Program-made: the position numbers and the translations under genes
Notes under the pieces: generated by a model
What the model saw: only the letters and a program-made list of their open reading frames with translations
Database searches by the model: none
Told to the model about the DNA's origin: nothing
Shown: one piece after another, positions 1 through 9,620 of the stretch
Layout of the letters: each line of letters opens with the position of its first letter
Position numbering within the stretch: position 1 is the first letter of the stretch
NCBI GenBank assembly: GCA_041660065.1
Contig: JBAZXC010000002.1
Coordinates: 170,620-234,619 of the forward strand
DNA: 64,000 nucleotides
From: Parcubacteria group bacterium
GTDB taxonomy: Bacteria > Patescibacteriota > Minisyncoccia > Moranbacterales > GCA-2747515
Direction: 5' to 3'

Positions 1-704
1 TTATCTGCATCTTTTTTCACATTATCTCCATCCGTTTTCTCCCCATCCTCATTTTTTGCCGTACTCCACACGATAAAGTCATCCGTGAGATCTGCATCAG
101 CGATCACGGTCTTCTCCACATGGTCATTCACTACTTTTGCTTTATTGCCTTCCTCAATGCGATCGAGAGTGTTGCCAGCATCATTTTGTACCTCCACAGC
201 ACTTTCCACGACAAGCACTGACGTTGTGTCGCCCGATTCTGTCACGCCAAATTCCGTACCAAGCGCCTTGATCGCATAACGATCTGTTTGAACGATATAT
301 GTACGCGCATCATTTTTTGCAACACTATTGAAAATCTCCCCTTGTTCAACATCGATCTTTATATCCTGCACATTATCGACAAAGACAATGTGCGTATTCT
401 CATCCAATCGCACGATACTGCCATCCTCAAATGTTACGATCGCACGTGATTTCCCAAGCGTACGTAATTCATTGCCTTTTGCAAAAATATTACCCTTTGC
501 CGCAGTAAACCATCCAGACGTAGCACTCTCTCGCACTTCAACCGTACCTTCAGCATATTCCACCTGTCCATTGATCTTTTTTGTGGGTTGCTCCGCAGGA
601 ATTTCTGAGATTATTTGTGTCGATGTGCCTTGTGGCATATACCACAAAGCATAAAAACGTCCCGCAAAAAACGCCAACGTGAACAGAAGGATAAAAACGA
701 TCAT
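1..704 (-). CDS. FecR-domain protein (partial, 3' end runs off window start); N-terminal TM segment then FecR-like beta-rich domain
   Basis: Manual translation of minus strand from ATG at 704..702: MIVFILLFTLAFFAGRFYALWYMPQGT...GNELRTLGKSRAIVTFEDGSIVRLDENTHIVFVD...; open to position 1; explains why + strand ORFs 85..279 and 328..654 look non-protein-like. Confidence 0.5.
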   Translation of the reverse strand, partial: MIVFILLFTLAFFAGRFYALWYMPQGTSTQIISEIPAEQPTKKINGQVEYAEGTVEVRESATSGWFTAAKGNIFAKGNELRTLGKSRAIVTFEDGSIVRLDENTHIVFVDNVQDIKIDVEQGEIFNSVAKNDARTYIVQTDRYAIKALGTEFGVTESGDTTSVLVVESAVEVQNDAGNTLDRIEEGNKAKVVNDHVEKTVIADADLTDDFIVWSTAKNEDGEKTDGDNVKKDAD

Positions 705-775
705 AATAATTATAAAGATCTTTCGTCCTTTTTCTTCATAAAAATCCAGCATAGACTTTATCATTAAAATTAAAT

Positions 776-1684
776 CTACTTTTGAGAAGCGACCAGCGCA
801 CTGCGGAGTACACAGTTTGAACCGCGCAGATACATCGGTCGTTGATCTTTTTTGTAAAAATCGACACGTTCTTCAAATGTCTTTCGTTTTGCGTGCGCAT
901 AAAAGACACCCAGTGGCAATCGATCCGTTTCTGTTGCACGACGAAATGCATCCACCCGATCAGTCACATCACGATCATCTTCCATATAATACGTATGCTC
1001 TTTGAACCATTGATAGGTATTGATCTTGTTGAAAACAACACATGGCTGGAATAGATCCACCAAAGAAAATCCCTTGTGATCGATCGCTTGCGCGATGATC
1101 GCTTGCATTTTTTGTGGATCACCGACACTTGCGCGCGCCACAAACGGTGCGTCAAGAGAAATTGCCAGAGCGATCGGATTGATCGGCATATCGATCACAC
1201 CGTATGGTTGTGTTGGTGTGACTGTGCCTTCCTCTGTAGTCGGTGACGCTTGCCCTTTTGTCAGACCATAGATCATATTATTGTGGACGATGACGGTAAT
1301 ATCAGGATTGCGACGGATCGCATGGATGAGGTGATTACCTCCCTCGCCATAGACATCCCCATCCCCACTGGTAACGATCACCGTTTGCGTTGGATTTGCA
1401 ATTTTAACCCCGGTCGCAACAGGCAACGCGCGTCCATGCAGTCCATTGAAATAATTACAATTGATATATTGCGGTAATTTTGCAGCCTGCCCGACGCCTG
1501 ATACGAATGTCACATCTTGTGGCGCAAGATTTTTTTCTTGCAAAACATTTTTGATCGTTTGCAAAATAGGAAAATTACCACATCCCGGACACCACTGGCA
1601 TTCCACGGATTGTGGAACTGTAAAATTATTTTTGATATGTGCCGATCCGATCATAATATTTAGTTCAAAGTTTATAAAGGTCAA
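776..1684 (-). CDS. korB: 2-oxoacid:ferredoxin oxidoreductase beta subunit (TPP-binding)
   Basis: CQWCPGCGNF cysteine motif, GDGD...GGNH TPP-binding region; directly downstream of alpha/gamma subunit gene. Confidence 0.85.
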   Translation of the reverse strand: MTFINFELNIMIGSAHIKNNFTVPQSVECQWCPGCGNFPILQTIKNVLQEKNLAPQDVTFVSGVGQAAKLPQYINCNYFNGLHGRALPVATGVKIANPTQTVIVTSGDGDVYGEGGNHLIHAIRRNPDITVIVHNNMIYGLTKGQASPTTEEGTVTPTQPYGVIDMPINPIALAISLDAPFVARASVGDPQKMQAIIAQAIDHKGFSLVDLFQPCVVFNKINTYQWFKEHTYYMEDDRDVTDRVDAFRRATETDRLPLGVFYAHAKRKTFEERVDFYKKDQRPMYLRGSNCVLRSALVASQK

Positions 1685-1710
1685 AAGTTTATAAAGAAAA
1701 GAATATCACA

Positions 1711-3441
1711 TTACATTTTTTTTATTTGCTCCACAAGTTCTTCCACATTGAATGGTTCACCATTCCATTTGAGAATGGTTTTATCTATCGCGATGTCACA
1801 TTCTTGTGTCAAAAGATGCGCAAATTGTCCCGTGGCATTGTTTTCCACAACAATTACTTTTTCCGCTTTTGCAAAGATCTTTTTGATCTTCTTTTTATCA
1901 AGAGGAAATAATTGCACAAAATGTACGACAGTCATATCCTGATTGCCGGCTTCACTCACCGCCTCAACAACCGTGTTGCGCGTCGATCCCCAGCATACGA
2001 TCAATTTTTTGCCGGATTTTTTACTGCGTCCCGTTGTAGTTTTTTGCGTAATAACTTCCGGCAAAAGCATCACTTCTTCAAGAAGAGCACGTCTTTTGAA
2101 GAGACGCTTTTCTGCCATGTGCATATGAATTCCACGTGTGTCCTCGGTAATACGACCGGTTTCATCATGCTCATCACCATCCACACACACCAATCCGTCA
2201 CCGAACCCCGGCACGCCACGCTCGCTTACACCATTTTCCGTAAGTGCATATCGCTTGTAATCGCGTGTTGTTTCTATAATATGTTTTACGTTGTTTTGTT
2301 CCACAAAATCATTTTTTTCAACTTTGTACAATGCATCCACAAAATACTGATCCGTAAGCACAAATGTCGGAATCTGATATTTATCGGCAATATCAAGTGC
2401 ATGCGCCGTGACAGCATATGCCTGCATCGGTGTACCGGGCGCAAAGATCGCTCGCATAAATTCCCCATGTCCCGCATGAAGCACGAGATTGAGATCTTCT
2501 TGTCCCGTGTGCGTTGGCAAACCGGTTGCCGGACCGGGACGTTGTCCGATATGAAACGTGATCGGTGTTTCGATCATTCCCGCCAGAGAAACCGCCTCGC
2601 ACATCAGATCAAACCCACCGCCGGACGTCGTCACAATACTTCGCGCACCGGCATATGAAGCACCTAGTGCCATATTGACTGCTTCGATCTCATCTGTTGC
2701 CTGCTCTACCACCGCACCACACTCCTTGCTGTTCTGTGCCAAAAAAGTCAAAAGCCCCGTTGACGGCGACATGGGATACGCCACACAAAAATCAACCCCT
2801 GCCGCAAGCGCCCCAAATCCCACAGCATCAATGCCAGACATGAAGAGGTCATCTTTGACTGCCTCTTTTGTTTTCATTGCAACATGCACATCGTGTGAAA
2901 AAGCGAAATGTGCACCCATTTTAAAACCTCGTGATAATGCCTCTTGATTTTTTGTAATGATATCCTTTCCCTTTTTTACAAAGAAATTGCGTAAATATTC
3001 ACGTGCATGCTTTTCATCTGCGCCGATCAATCCCAAAATCGCACCGGCCGCAACCGTATTAGCATAAAGAGTGCCACCAATCGACTGCGCAATGCTTATA
3101 AAATTCACTTCCATCACACAATCCTGGCAAAATTCCGCGTCACGAAACCCCAAAAACATCGTCTTATCATTAAAACGATGCTTATAAAAAGAAAATGACC
3201 GCGGATCAAGAGAAACGAAGAGATCGATCGTAGAACGAAATGCGTCTCTTTTTTCACTGGAAATACGAATGGTCGTGGAATTGATCCCGCCACGCACGCG
3301 CGACATGTATTCCGCCGTCGCAAAGACATGAAAGCCTTGTAATTTCAAAATGTGCGTCAGCAAATGCGCAACGCTCTGAATCCCTTGTCCGGCTTGCCCT
3401 GCGATCACGATCGAAAGATCATCTGTAATATGATGTGCCAT
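1711..3441 (-). CDS. korA: 2-oxoacid:ferredoxin oxidoreductase alpha subunit with fused N-terminal gamma domain
   Basis: N-terminal gamma-like domain (IVIAGQAGQGIQS) followed by alpha domain (TSGGGFDLM, pyruvate-flavodoxin oxidoreductase family signatures); 576 aa. Confidence 0.85.
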   Translation of the reverse strand: MAHHITDDLSIVIAGQAGQGIQSVAHLLTHILKLQGFHVFATAEYMSRVRGGINSTTIRISSEKRDAFRSTIDLFVSLDPRSFSFYKHRFNDKTMFLGFRDAEFCQDCVMEVNFISIAQSIGGTLYANTVAAGAILGLIGADEKHAREYLRNFFVKKGKDIITKNQEALSRGFKMGAHFAFSHDVHVAMKTKEAVKDDLFMSGIDAVGFGALAAGVDFCVAYPMSPSTGLLTFLAQNSKECGAVVEQATDEIEAVNMALGASYAGARSIVTTSGGGFDLMCEAVSLAGMIETPITFHIGQRPGPATGLPTHTGQEDLNLVLHAGHGEFMRAIFAPGTPMQAYAVTAHALDIADKYQIPTFVLTDQYFVDALYKVEKNDFVEQNNVKHIIETTRDYKRYALTENGVSERGVPGFGDGLVCVDGDEHDETGRITEDTRGIHMHMAEKRLFKRRALLEEVMLLPEVITQKTTTGRSKKSGKKLIVCWGSTRNTVVEAVSEAGNQDMTVVHFVQLFPLDKKKIKKIFAKAEKVIVVENNATGQFAHLLTQECDIAIDKTILKWNGEPFNVEELVEQIKKM

Positions 3442-3674
3442 AATTTTTATTTATATTTTTCAAAAATCTCTGAATGCTCTCGCTTTTGTCATGTTGCATT
3501 TCAGCGATCTCTTTTGATCTTATTATAACACAAAACAAAAAACGACCGTAACAGATCGCTGATAACGACTCCTTTTTTTCAACTACTCTAAAATTAACCA
3601 ACAAAACACATGCCATGGGTACTGATGTGGGTACCCAAAAAGTTTTACACTATTTTCCCGTTGTAACCACGTTT

Positions 3675-3878
3675 TTATTCAGCCAGATCTTTTTTTACTT
3701 CTTCAAATTCATTCTCAATTTCCTGCAAACGCTTTTTTGATTCTTTGATGAGTTTTGCGCCTATTTTTACTTTTTCAATGCCCTGTTCCACATCCACTTC
3801 ATCTTGCTTTTCAAACCATGTAACGATCTCTTCGATCTCCTTGAGGTTTTTGGTCAAATTGCTTTTTGCTTGTGCCAT
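3675..3878 (-). CDS. xseB: exodeoxyribonuclease VII small subunit
   Basis: 67-aa coiled-coil protein, KNLKEIEEIV...FEKQDE...GIEKVKIGAKLIKESKKRL typical XseB; adjacent to xseA. Confidence 0.7.
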   Translation of the reverse strand: MAQAKSNLTKNLKEIEEIVTWFEKQDEVDVEQGIEKVKIGAKLIKESKKRLQEIENEFEEVKKDLAE

Positions 3879-3884
3879 ATATTT

Positions 3885-4040
3885 ATTAGTATGTTATTAG
3901 TATGTTAGACACGCCTTGCTTTAGACACACTGCGTTTTAGACACGCTACGCTAGTAGACTTTACACGACATTCTTCTGCATGTCTACATATCTAGAGCGT
4001 AGCGTGTCTACCAGTCTAATAGTCTAAATTTACTATACTA
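3885..4040. repeat. xseA-xseB intergenic motif array: TTATTAGTATG x2, TTAGACAC x3 direct, then GTCTA(C/A) x4 inverted; contains perfect 15-bp inverted repeat TAGACACGCTACGCT (3938..3952) / AGCGTAGCGTGTCTA (3996..4010)
   Basis: Read directly from sequence; 15/15 complementary arms separated by 43 nt. Confidence 0.6.
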
Positions 4041-4064
4041 CGATTTTTATTTTTACAAAAATAC

Positions 4065-5720
4065 CTATTGTACCTCCGTCATGATCTCGCCATCGCTGAT
4101 GTGAATTGTCATATGATCACCTTTGCTCACATCGTTTTTTCTTCGCACAACATTTCCCCGTTCATCACGTGCAATGCTGTATCCGAGCATGAGTTGTCTC
4201 TGCGGATCATTTTGTACGATCGACTTTGCAAGGAATTGCAGGCGCTTCATATATTGTATGATGCCACTTTGGAAAAGAGCGAATGCCCGTTGCATATTCA
4301 CAAGAGTTCTCGCATCATCGATCATGCGTCCATAGAAACGAAAGATGTGATCTTGCGCAACAGTAAAAAATGTTTTTTTGCGGTCAATGCTTTTTTCCAT
4401 GTGATGGATCACGTTTGCAAAGCGACGAAATAATTCTAATGATGATGTTACAATCTCTTCCAAAAAGTCCGTAAGTTGCCGTTCGTACTCATTGCCACGT
4501 TCTTGTTGTTGTCGCAGAGCTTTGTCAAAAAAGTGCACGATCATCTGCTCCCGACTGCGTACATATTCGCCACATTGATCCCAGCTCTCACGCACAGCAC
4601 GTGCCGCCGCCGTCGGCGTACTCACACCGCGATCCGCCACGAGTGTCGTCAACGTTTCATCCTGCTCATGCCCCACACCGGCAACAACCGGCACAGGAAA
4701 ATCTGCGACCATGCGCACCACTTTTTCATTATTGAATGCTTGCAAACTCTCCAAACTACCACCACCGCGCACAATGACCAAAACATCCAAATCTTTTTTT
4801 GCCATTGTCGTAAGGGCGCTGATCAGATCATCAACTGCCTGTGCACCCTCCACACGTGATTGATGGAAAATGATTTTGTATCCATAGTGACCCACATTGG
4901 TCGTAAAATCTCCGATTGCCGCACCTGTACGCGATGTAATGAGTCCAACTCGCTGTGGCAATTGTGGCAGTGCACGCTTTTTTTCCAGTGCCAACAATCC
5001 CTCCGCGTCCAATTTTTTCTTGAGATCATCATAGGCCTTTTTGAGCGCCCCTTCACCGTATAACTCCACCATCGTGCCCACAAAGCTAAATCCGTATTGC
5101 TTATGATAGTTGGGATGTCCCGTGATCACAATCTCCATACCGTCTGCAAGTGCGACACCGGCCAGATCATAACGATCGCAAAAGATCATACATCGCATCA
5201 CACTGGAGCGATCTTTGATCTCAAAATATACGTGCCCGCTCGCATTGCGCTTAAAGCCCACAACCTCACCCTGCACACGCACATTGCGAAAATGTGTTTG
5301 CAACAGTGTGTCCAACATCGTCACAAAATCCGTAACGCTTACTGCCACATCATTTTTATCGATGATTTCCCCGGTCTCCTGATCATAGTGCATCGGTTGT
5401 TGTACCGGCATGGGACGTATTGCCGCCAGATCATTCACCGCTTGTGCCTCTGCAAAAAGATTGTTCTTTGTTTCATAGGCAACAGATACATCGCCGGTAA
5501 TCCCATTGCCGCGCACCAAACCTAAAATTACATCACCATACTTGCGAATTTTTGCCGGACCGATGCCTTTGATCCGCAAAAGATCACTGCTTGTCTTTGG
5601 CTGCAATCGTGCAATTTCTTTGATGGTATTGAATTGTAAGACCATATATGGCTCCAGATGTTCTTTACCTGCCTGTTCTTGTTGCCATGTGATCAGTTGT
5701 TGCATAAGCGTCATATGCAA
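4065..5720 (-). CDS. xseA: exodeoxyribonuclease VII large subunit with N-terminal HRDC/helix-hairpin-helix-like extension
   Basis: OB-fold plus catalytic core (VYFEIKDRSS, VIVRGGGSLESLQAFNNE); first ~75 aa (FNTIKEIARLQPKTSSDLLRIKGIGPAKIRKYGDVIL) resemble HRDC/HhH domain, atypical for XseA. Confidence 0.8.
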   Translation of the reverse strand: MHMTLMQQLITWQQEQAGKEHLEPYMVLQFNTIKEIARLQPKTSSDLLRIKGIGPAKIRKYGDVILGLVRGNGITGDVSVAYETKNNLFAEAQAVNDLAAIRPMPVQQPMHYDQETGEIIDKNDVAVSVTDFVTMLDTLLQTHFRNVRVQGEVVGFKRNASGHVYFEIKDRSSVMRCMIFCDRYDLAGVALADGMEIVITGHPNYHKQYGFSFVGTMVELYGEGALKKAYDDLKKKLDAEGLLALEKKRALPQLPQRVGLITSRTGAAIGDFTTNVGHYGYKIIFHQSRVEGAQAVDDLISALTTMAKKDLDVLVIVRGGGSLESLQAFNNEKVVRMVADFPVPVVAGVGHEQDETLTTLVADRGVSTPTAAARAVRESWDQCGEYVRSREQMIVHFFDKALRQQQERGNEYERQLTDFLEEIVTSSLELFRRFANVIHHMEKSIDRKKTFFTVAQDHIFRFYGRMIDDARTLVNMQRAFALFQSGIIQYMKRLQFLAKSIVQNDPQRQLMLGYSIARDERGNVVRRKNDVSKGDHMTIHISDGEIMTEVQ

Positions 5721-5778
5721 CTATTGTGGCACAAAAAACCAAATAAAAAAAGCTTTTTCCTAAGAGTATCTCTCCCAG

Positions 5779-7245
5779 CTACAAAATCAACAAGAAAATT
5801 GCCGCAATGATCAAACACGTCACAAAAACGATCGATGCCCATCCGCATACCCGTACCCACCACGGATGCGTTTCTCTCCCCATGATGTGTTTATCATCCC
5901 CGACGATCATGATCACCACCAAAAGAGGCAAAGCGATCACACCATTGATGAATGCCGCATAATACAATGCCATGATCGGATTGATATGAAAAAAATTCAA
6001 AGAAAGCCCAAATAAAATTGAAATGACGATGATCATATAAAAACCTTTTGCATGAGAAAATTTCTCTTCCAGACCCTCATGCCATTTCATGACCTCCGCA
6101 AGCGCATACGCACCGGACCCGGCCAAAATCGGGACGGCAAGCATACCGGTACAGATCAAACCGATAGAAAAAAGAAGAAATGCATGTTCTCCCGCCAATG
6201 GGCGCAGTGCCATCGCCGCTTGATCTGCAGACTCGATATTATATATCCCATTCTGATGTAAGACTTGTGCTGTTGTGATAATGATGAAGAAGAAAACACT
6301 GTTTGCCAAAAACATCCCCGTTCCGACATCCGTACGCATTTTCCGTATTTTTGTCGTCAGTCCATGTTTTTCTTTTTTGAGAGGAATGATGGCACTTCTT
6401 TTTTCCATACGATTTTCCTCCACTTCTTCTGACGTTTGCCAAAAAAAGAGATATGGCGTGATGCTTGTGCCAAAAACAGCGATCATCGCAAAAACATATG
6501 ATTCATCAGGTAAAAATTGCGGCACAAAGGCAAAATGAAATATTTCGCGCCACGCAGGATGGATAATAAAACCTGTCACAACATACGCCAAAACTGAAAT
6601 AGTCAACCATTTCAACACGCGCACATAAATGCGATACCCGATGAAGATCTCACACACGATTGACACTGCCGCAAAAAGAAGCGCCGCGATATAAAAATTT
6701 ATATGCGTAAGCATATTCAATGCAGACGCCATTGCGCCAAGATCAGCACCAATATTCACAACATTTGCAATAATGAGTAGCACAACGATCCCGCCGACAA
6801 TACGTTTTTTATAATGACGCTGTAAAACACCGGCCAAACCATGATTTGTCACGATACCAATGCGTGCACATACTTCCTGAATCGCCATCATCATCGGCAA
6901 AAGCCACACGGCCATCCAGAGAATACTCAAACCGAACTTCGCACCAACAGAAGAATACGTACCGATACCTGACGGGTCATCATCCGACGCACCCGTAATG
7001 AGACCCGGTCCAAGTGCACGAAAAAAAAGATGCATTTTTTTCCAAGGGTTTTTTGCCAACTCCATGACGCGAATGACTTCTGTCTCCGCGATCACGACCG
7101 TACCATCAATCGTCTTGACAGCCCTAACCTCGCCCCACACGACCAATTTGCGCGCAACAATAAGAGGAATACCCGCCATATGTCGGAATTCCGACATGGA
7201 GAAAAATTTTTCATTATGATTATTGTCGTTTTGTATTGTTTCCAT
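5779..7245 (-). CDS. mntH: Nramp-family divalent metal (Mn2+/Fe2+) transporter with ~70-aa N-terminal extension
   Basis: GPGLITGASDDDPSGIGTYS motif (Nramp DPGN-like), about 11 TM helices, MLAVPILAGSGAYA. Confidence 0.75.
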   Translation of the reverse strand: METIQNDNNHNEKFFSMSEFRHMAGIPLIVARKLVVWGEVRAVKTIDGTVVIAETEVIRVMELAKNPWKKMHLFFRALGPGLITGASDDDPSGIGTYSSVGAKFGLSILWMAVWLLPMMMAIQEVCARIGIVTNHGLAGVLQRHYKKRIVGGIVVLLIIANVVNIGADLGAMASALNMLTHINFYIAALLFAAVSIVCEIFIGYRIYVRVLKWLTISVLAYVVTGFIIHPAWREIFHFAFVPQFLPDESYVFAMIAVFGTSITPYLFFWQTSEEVEENRMEKRSAIIPLKKEKHGLTTKIRKMRTDVGTGMFLANSVFFFIIITTAQVLHQNGIYNIESADQAAMALRPLAGEHAFLLFSIGLICTGMLAVPILAGSGAYALAEVMKWHEGLEEKFSHAKGFYMIIVISILFGLSLNFFHINPIMALYYAAFINGVIALPLLVVIMIVGDDKHIMGRETHPWWVRVCGWASIVFVTCLIIAAIFLLIL

Positions 7246-7321
7246 TTTTTCTCAAAAAAATATCTATCATCATTGTGTCACACTTCACGCGTTTTGATAA
7301 GAACAAAAAACCCTACCTCTT

Positions 7322-8104
7322 TTAAACACTGTATGGCGCATGATCGAAAATTTCATTGTCAATCGCGTTCTTCACCGCATTATATTCCGCGATATCTTTT
7401 ATCGCCCATGTGAGCAGTGGTTTATTTTTTTTGTGTGCAACAGACACGATCCAACACCGTGGCAACAATGATGCCCGACAAACAAAGAAATCCGGCATAT
7501 GCGCACTCACGCTCCACAAAATATACAAACCAATCTTTCGCACCCAGCCGCCACAAAAACTCTTATTCTTATAGTCAGTGAAGTTTTGTCCGCATGAGAT
7601 CTGCGGAAAATATTTTTTTGCTTTTTTGACCAAAAGCGGATCAAATGACGACAACGCGTAATTCCCATGATATTTTTTTAAAATATCGCGCAGTGTAGCA
7701 AGAAAAAATTCTCGATCATGTCTTTTGTTTTTCATCTCAATAAGAAGAGGCACGCGCCCACGGACAAGAGCCAGTACATCATCCAGCGTTGGAATATGCT
7801 CCTGCGATGAGCCTAGTATACACGCGGAAATCTCTTTTTTTGTCATGTCAGACAATACTGTGTCCACATTGCACATACGTTTTAGCGACCAATCATGAAA
7901 GACGATCATTGCGCCATCTGCCGACATCTGCACATCCAATTCAATCGGATAACTGGCATCAACAGCTTTTTGACATGCTCCCAATGAATTTTCCGGCGCA
8001 TCGTGACCCCATGCGCCCCGATGTGCGATCGGCTGCTGTTGTATCCACTGTTCTGTTTTCATAATAATCCACTGTATGCATTGCCCAAGACGCCCATTGC
8101 CCAT
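7322..8104 (-). CDS. glycerophosphodiester phosphodiesterase (GDPD family)
   Basis: HRGAWGHDAPENSLGA...ELDVQMSADGAMIVFHD GDPD catalytic motifs. Confidence 0.8.
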   Translation of the reverse strand: MGNGRLGQCIQWIIMKTEQWIQQQPIAHRGAWGHDAPENSLGACQKAVDASYPIELDVQMSADGAMIVFHDWSLKRMCNVDTVLSDMTKKEISACILGSSQEHIPTLDDVLALVRGRVPLLIEMKNKRHDREFFLATLRDILKKYHGNYALSSFDPLLVKKAKKYFPQISCGQNFTDYKNKSFCGGWVRKIGLYILWSVSAHMPDFFVCRASLLPRCWIVSVAHKKNKPLLTWAIKDIAEYNAVKNAIDNEIFDHAPYSV

Positions 8105-8262
8105 GGGAGTATAAAGATGAGACCGATCAACGGCAAGACAAACGTCACGATCGTAATGATCAATGTCGCGAGAAAGATCTTTCGCGCGCTTTCCACACTT
8201 TTATAAATTGCATTGATCTTTTTCTCTTGTTCCTCCAATTTTTGTAATATTTTTTCTTCCAT
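8059..8262 (-). CDS. small membrane protein (start trimmed to internal Met to avoid overlap with nth)
   Basis: Single hydrophobic helix IITIVTFVLPLIGLIFILPWAMG; ORF only. Confidence 0.3.
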   Translation of the reverse strand: MEEKILQKLEEQEKKINAIYKSVESARKIFLATLIITIVTFVLPLIGLIFILPWAMGVLGNAYSGLL

Positions 8263-8266
8263 ATTT

Positions 8267-8893
8267 TTATATATTCTTTTGACAAATATCATATAATACA
8301 CACTGATCGCATTTCGGAACGCGTCCACAGATCGCACGTCCATGCGTGATTAAATATTCATTCCATTCCACATATTTTTTTGGCGCGACAATTTGGCTCA
8401 TTTCCCCACTCATTTTTTCCGGCGTCCTCGCGTCACTAAGTCCGATGCGTTTACATAAGCGAAAAACATGTGTGTCCACCGCCATGCCCACATGTTTTCC
8501 ATATGCTTTTGAAAGCACGAGATATGCTGTCTTGATCGATACACCGCGCAATGTAAGCAATGCCTCCAATGTGTCCGGTACCTTGCTACCAAAATTTTTT
8601 ACCATCGTTTGCCCGCTTTCCTTGAGTGCTTTGGCTTTGGAGTGATAAAATCCCGTTGAGTAGATCTCTTTTTCCAACGTTGTGATCTTCGCCTTTGCAT
8701 AGTCTTCTGCCGTTGTATATTTTTTAAACAATTTTTTTGTCACCATATTCACACGCGTATCCGTACACTGCGCAGAAAGAATTGTCCCGACAAGTAATTC
8801 CAGGGGCGTTGTCCATTCTACAAACGGACCCGTTGTTTTATACGATTTTTTCAGCCGACGCAAAACTTCCCGCGCAATTTTTTGCTTATCCAT
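8267..8893 (-). CDS. nth: endonuclease III
   Basis: HhH-GPD domain (LVGTILSAQCTDTRVN), 4Fe-4S cysteine cluster C-x6-C-x2-C-x5-C at C-terminus; start set at MDKQKI. Confidence 0.85.
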   Translation of the reverse strand: MDKQKIAREVLRRLKKSYKTTGPFVEWTTPLELLVGTILSAQCTDTRVNMVTKKLFKKYTTAEDYAKAKITTLEKEIYSTGFYHSKAKALKESGQTMVKNFGSKVPDTLEALLTLRGVSIKTAYLVLSKAYGKHVGMAVDTHVFRLCKRIGLSDARTPEKMSGEMSQIVAPKKYVEWNEYLITHGRAICGRVPKCDQCVLYDICQKNI

Positions 8894-9013
8894 GATGCAA
8901 TTGTGGCACATCTCACACAAGAAATCAAAGATTGACAAAATTGTTGTCCATTGGTATAGTCCATACGCGGAAAATACCATTCACTGTTTCTTTGACAAAA
9001 AGGAGAGTATACG

Positions 9014-9565
9014 ATGACAAAAAATAATTCCCATAGCACAGTAACGCGATGTGCTCGATGTTCTTACATGCTCATGCCCCATGAAGGTTATGATGAAACG
9101 TGTGGTACACTCAATGTAACACTGTGCGAAGATTGTTATGCACACCCTTCGATCAATCCTGGGGAATACGCTTACGCGATCAAACTATGCCTCATAAACG
9201 ATTTTGGCACCTTGTCGCCGTACGAGATGCCGGTGTTTTGGCCACAAAAGGACGACGAACCTCTCGAGATTGAAGAAATCTTAAAAATCACACTTGAAGA
9301 ATCTGCATCGGACATTCCTTGCGGAAAGACCTGCAAATGCATGAGCATTTCCACAGAAATGCAAGCACGTGCAGAAATGAAAGATGGCAGTCTATGCATT
9401 TTTCACCGCATGGAAAACGGAATGCGCAGAAAAGCGCTTATGCTGTACTGGTGGCTTCGCTATTATGAAAAGAGTAACAGCCATCCGGATTTCTGGACGG
9501 ATTTTACAGAGGACGACATCATGTCCCCGCAAATCCTCGCCACCCATGCTCTCGGCATTGCATAA
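9014..9565 (+). CDS. Cys-rich hypothetical protein
   Basis: ORF with SD AAGGAGAG upstream; CxxC pairs (CARCSY, CEDCY); no recognisable family. Confidence 0.4.
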   Translation: MTKNNSHSTVTRCARCSYMLMPHEGYDETCGTLNVTLCEDCYAHPSINPGEYAYAIKLCLINDFGTLSPYEMPVFWPQKDDEPLEIEEILKITLEESASDIPCGKTCKCMSISTEMQARAEMKDGSLCIFHRMENGMRRKALMLYWWLRYYEKSNSHPDFWTDFTEDDIMSPQILATHALGIA

Positions 9566-9620
9566 TTTCACCCCATCCATAGCAGTCTGCGCACTGCTAT
9601 GGATATTTTTTTACAAAAGA

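Noticed and set aside
85-654. Plus-strand ORFs 85..279 and 328..654
   Set aside because: Ser/Thr/Cys-rich and non-protein-like. The minus strand encodes a convincing FecR-domain protein that runs off the window start.
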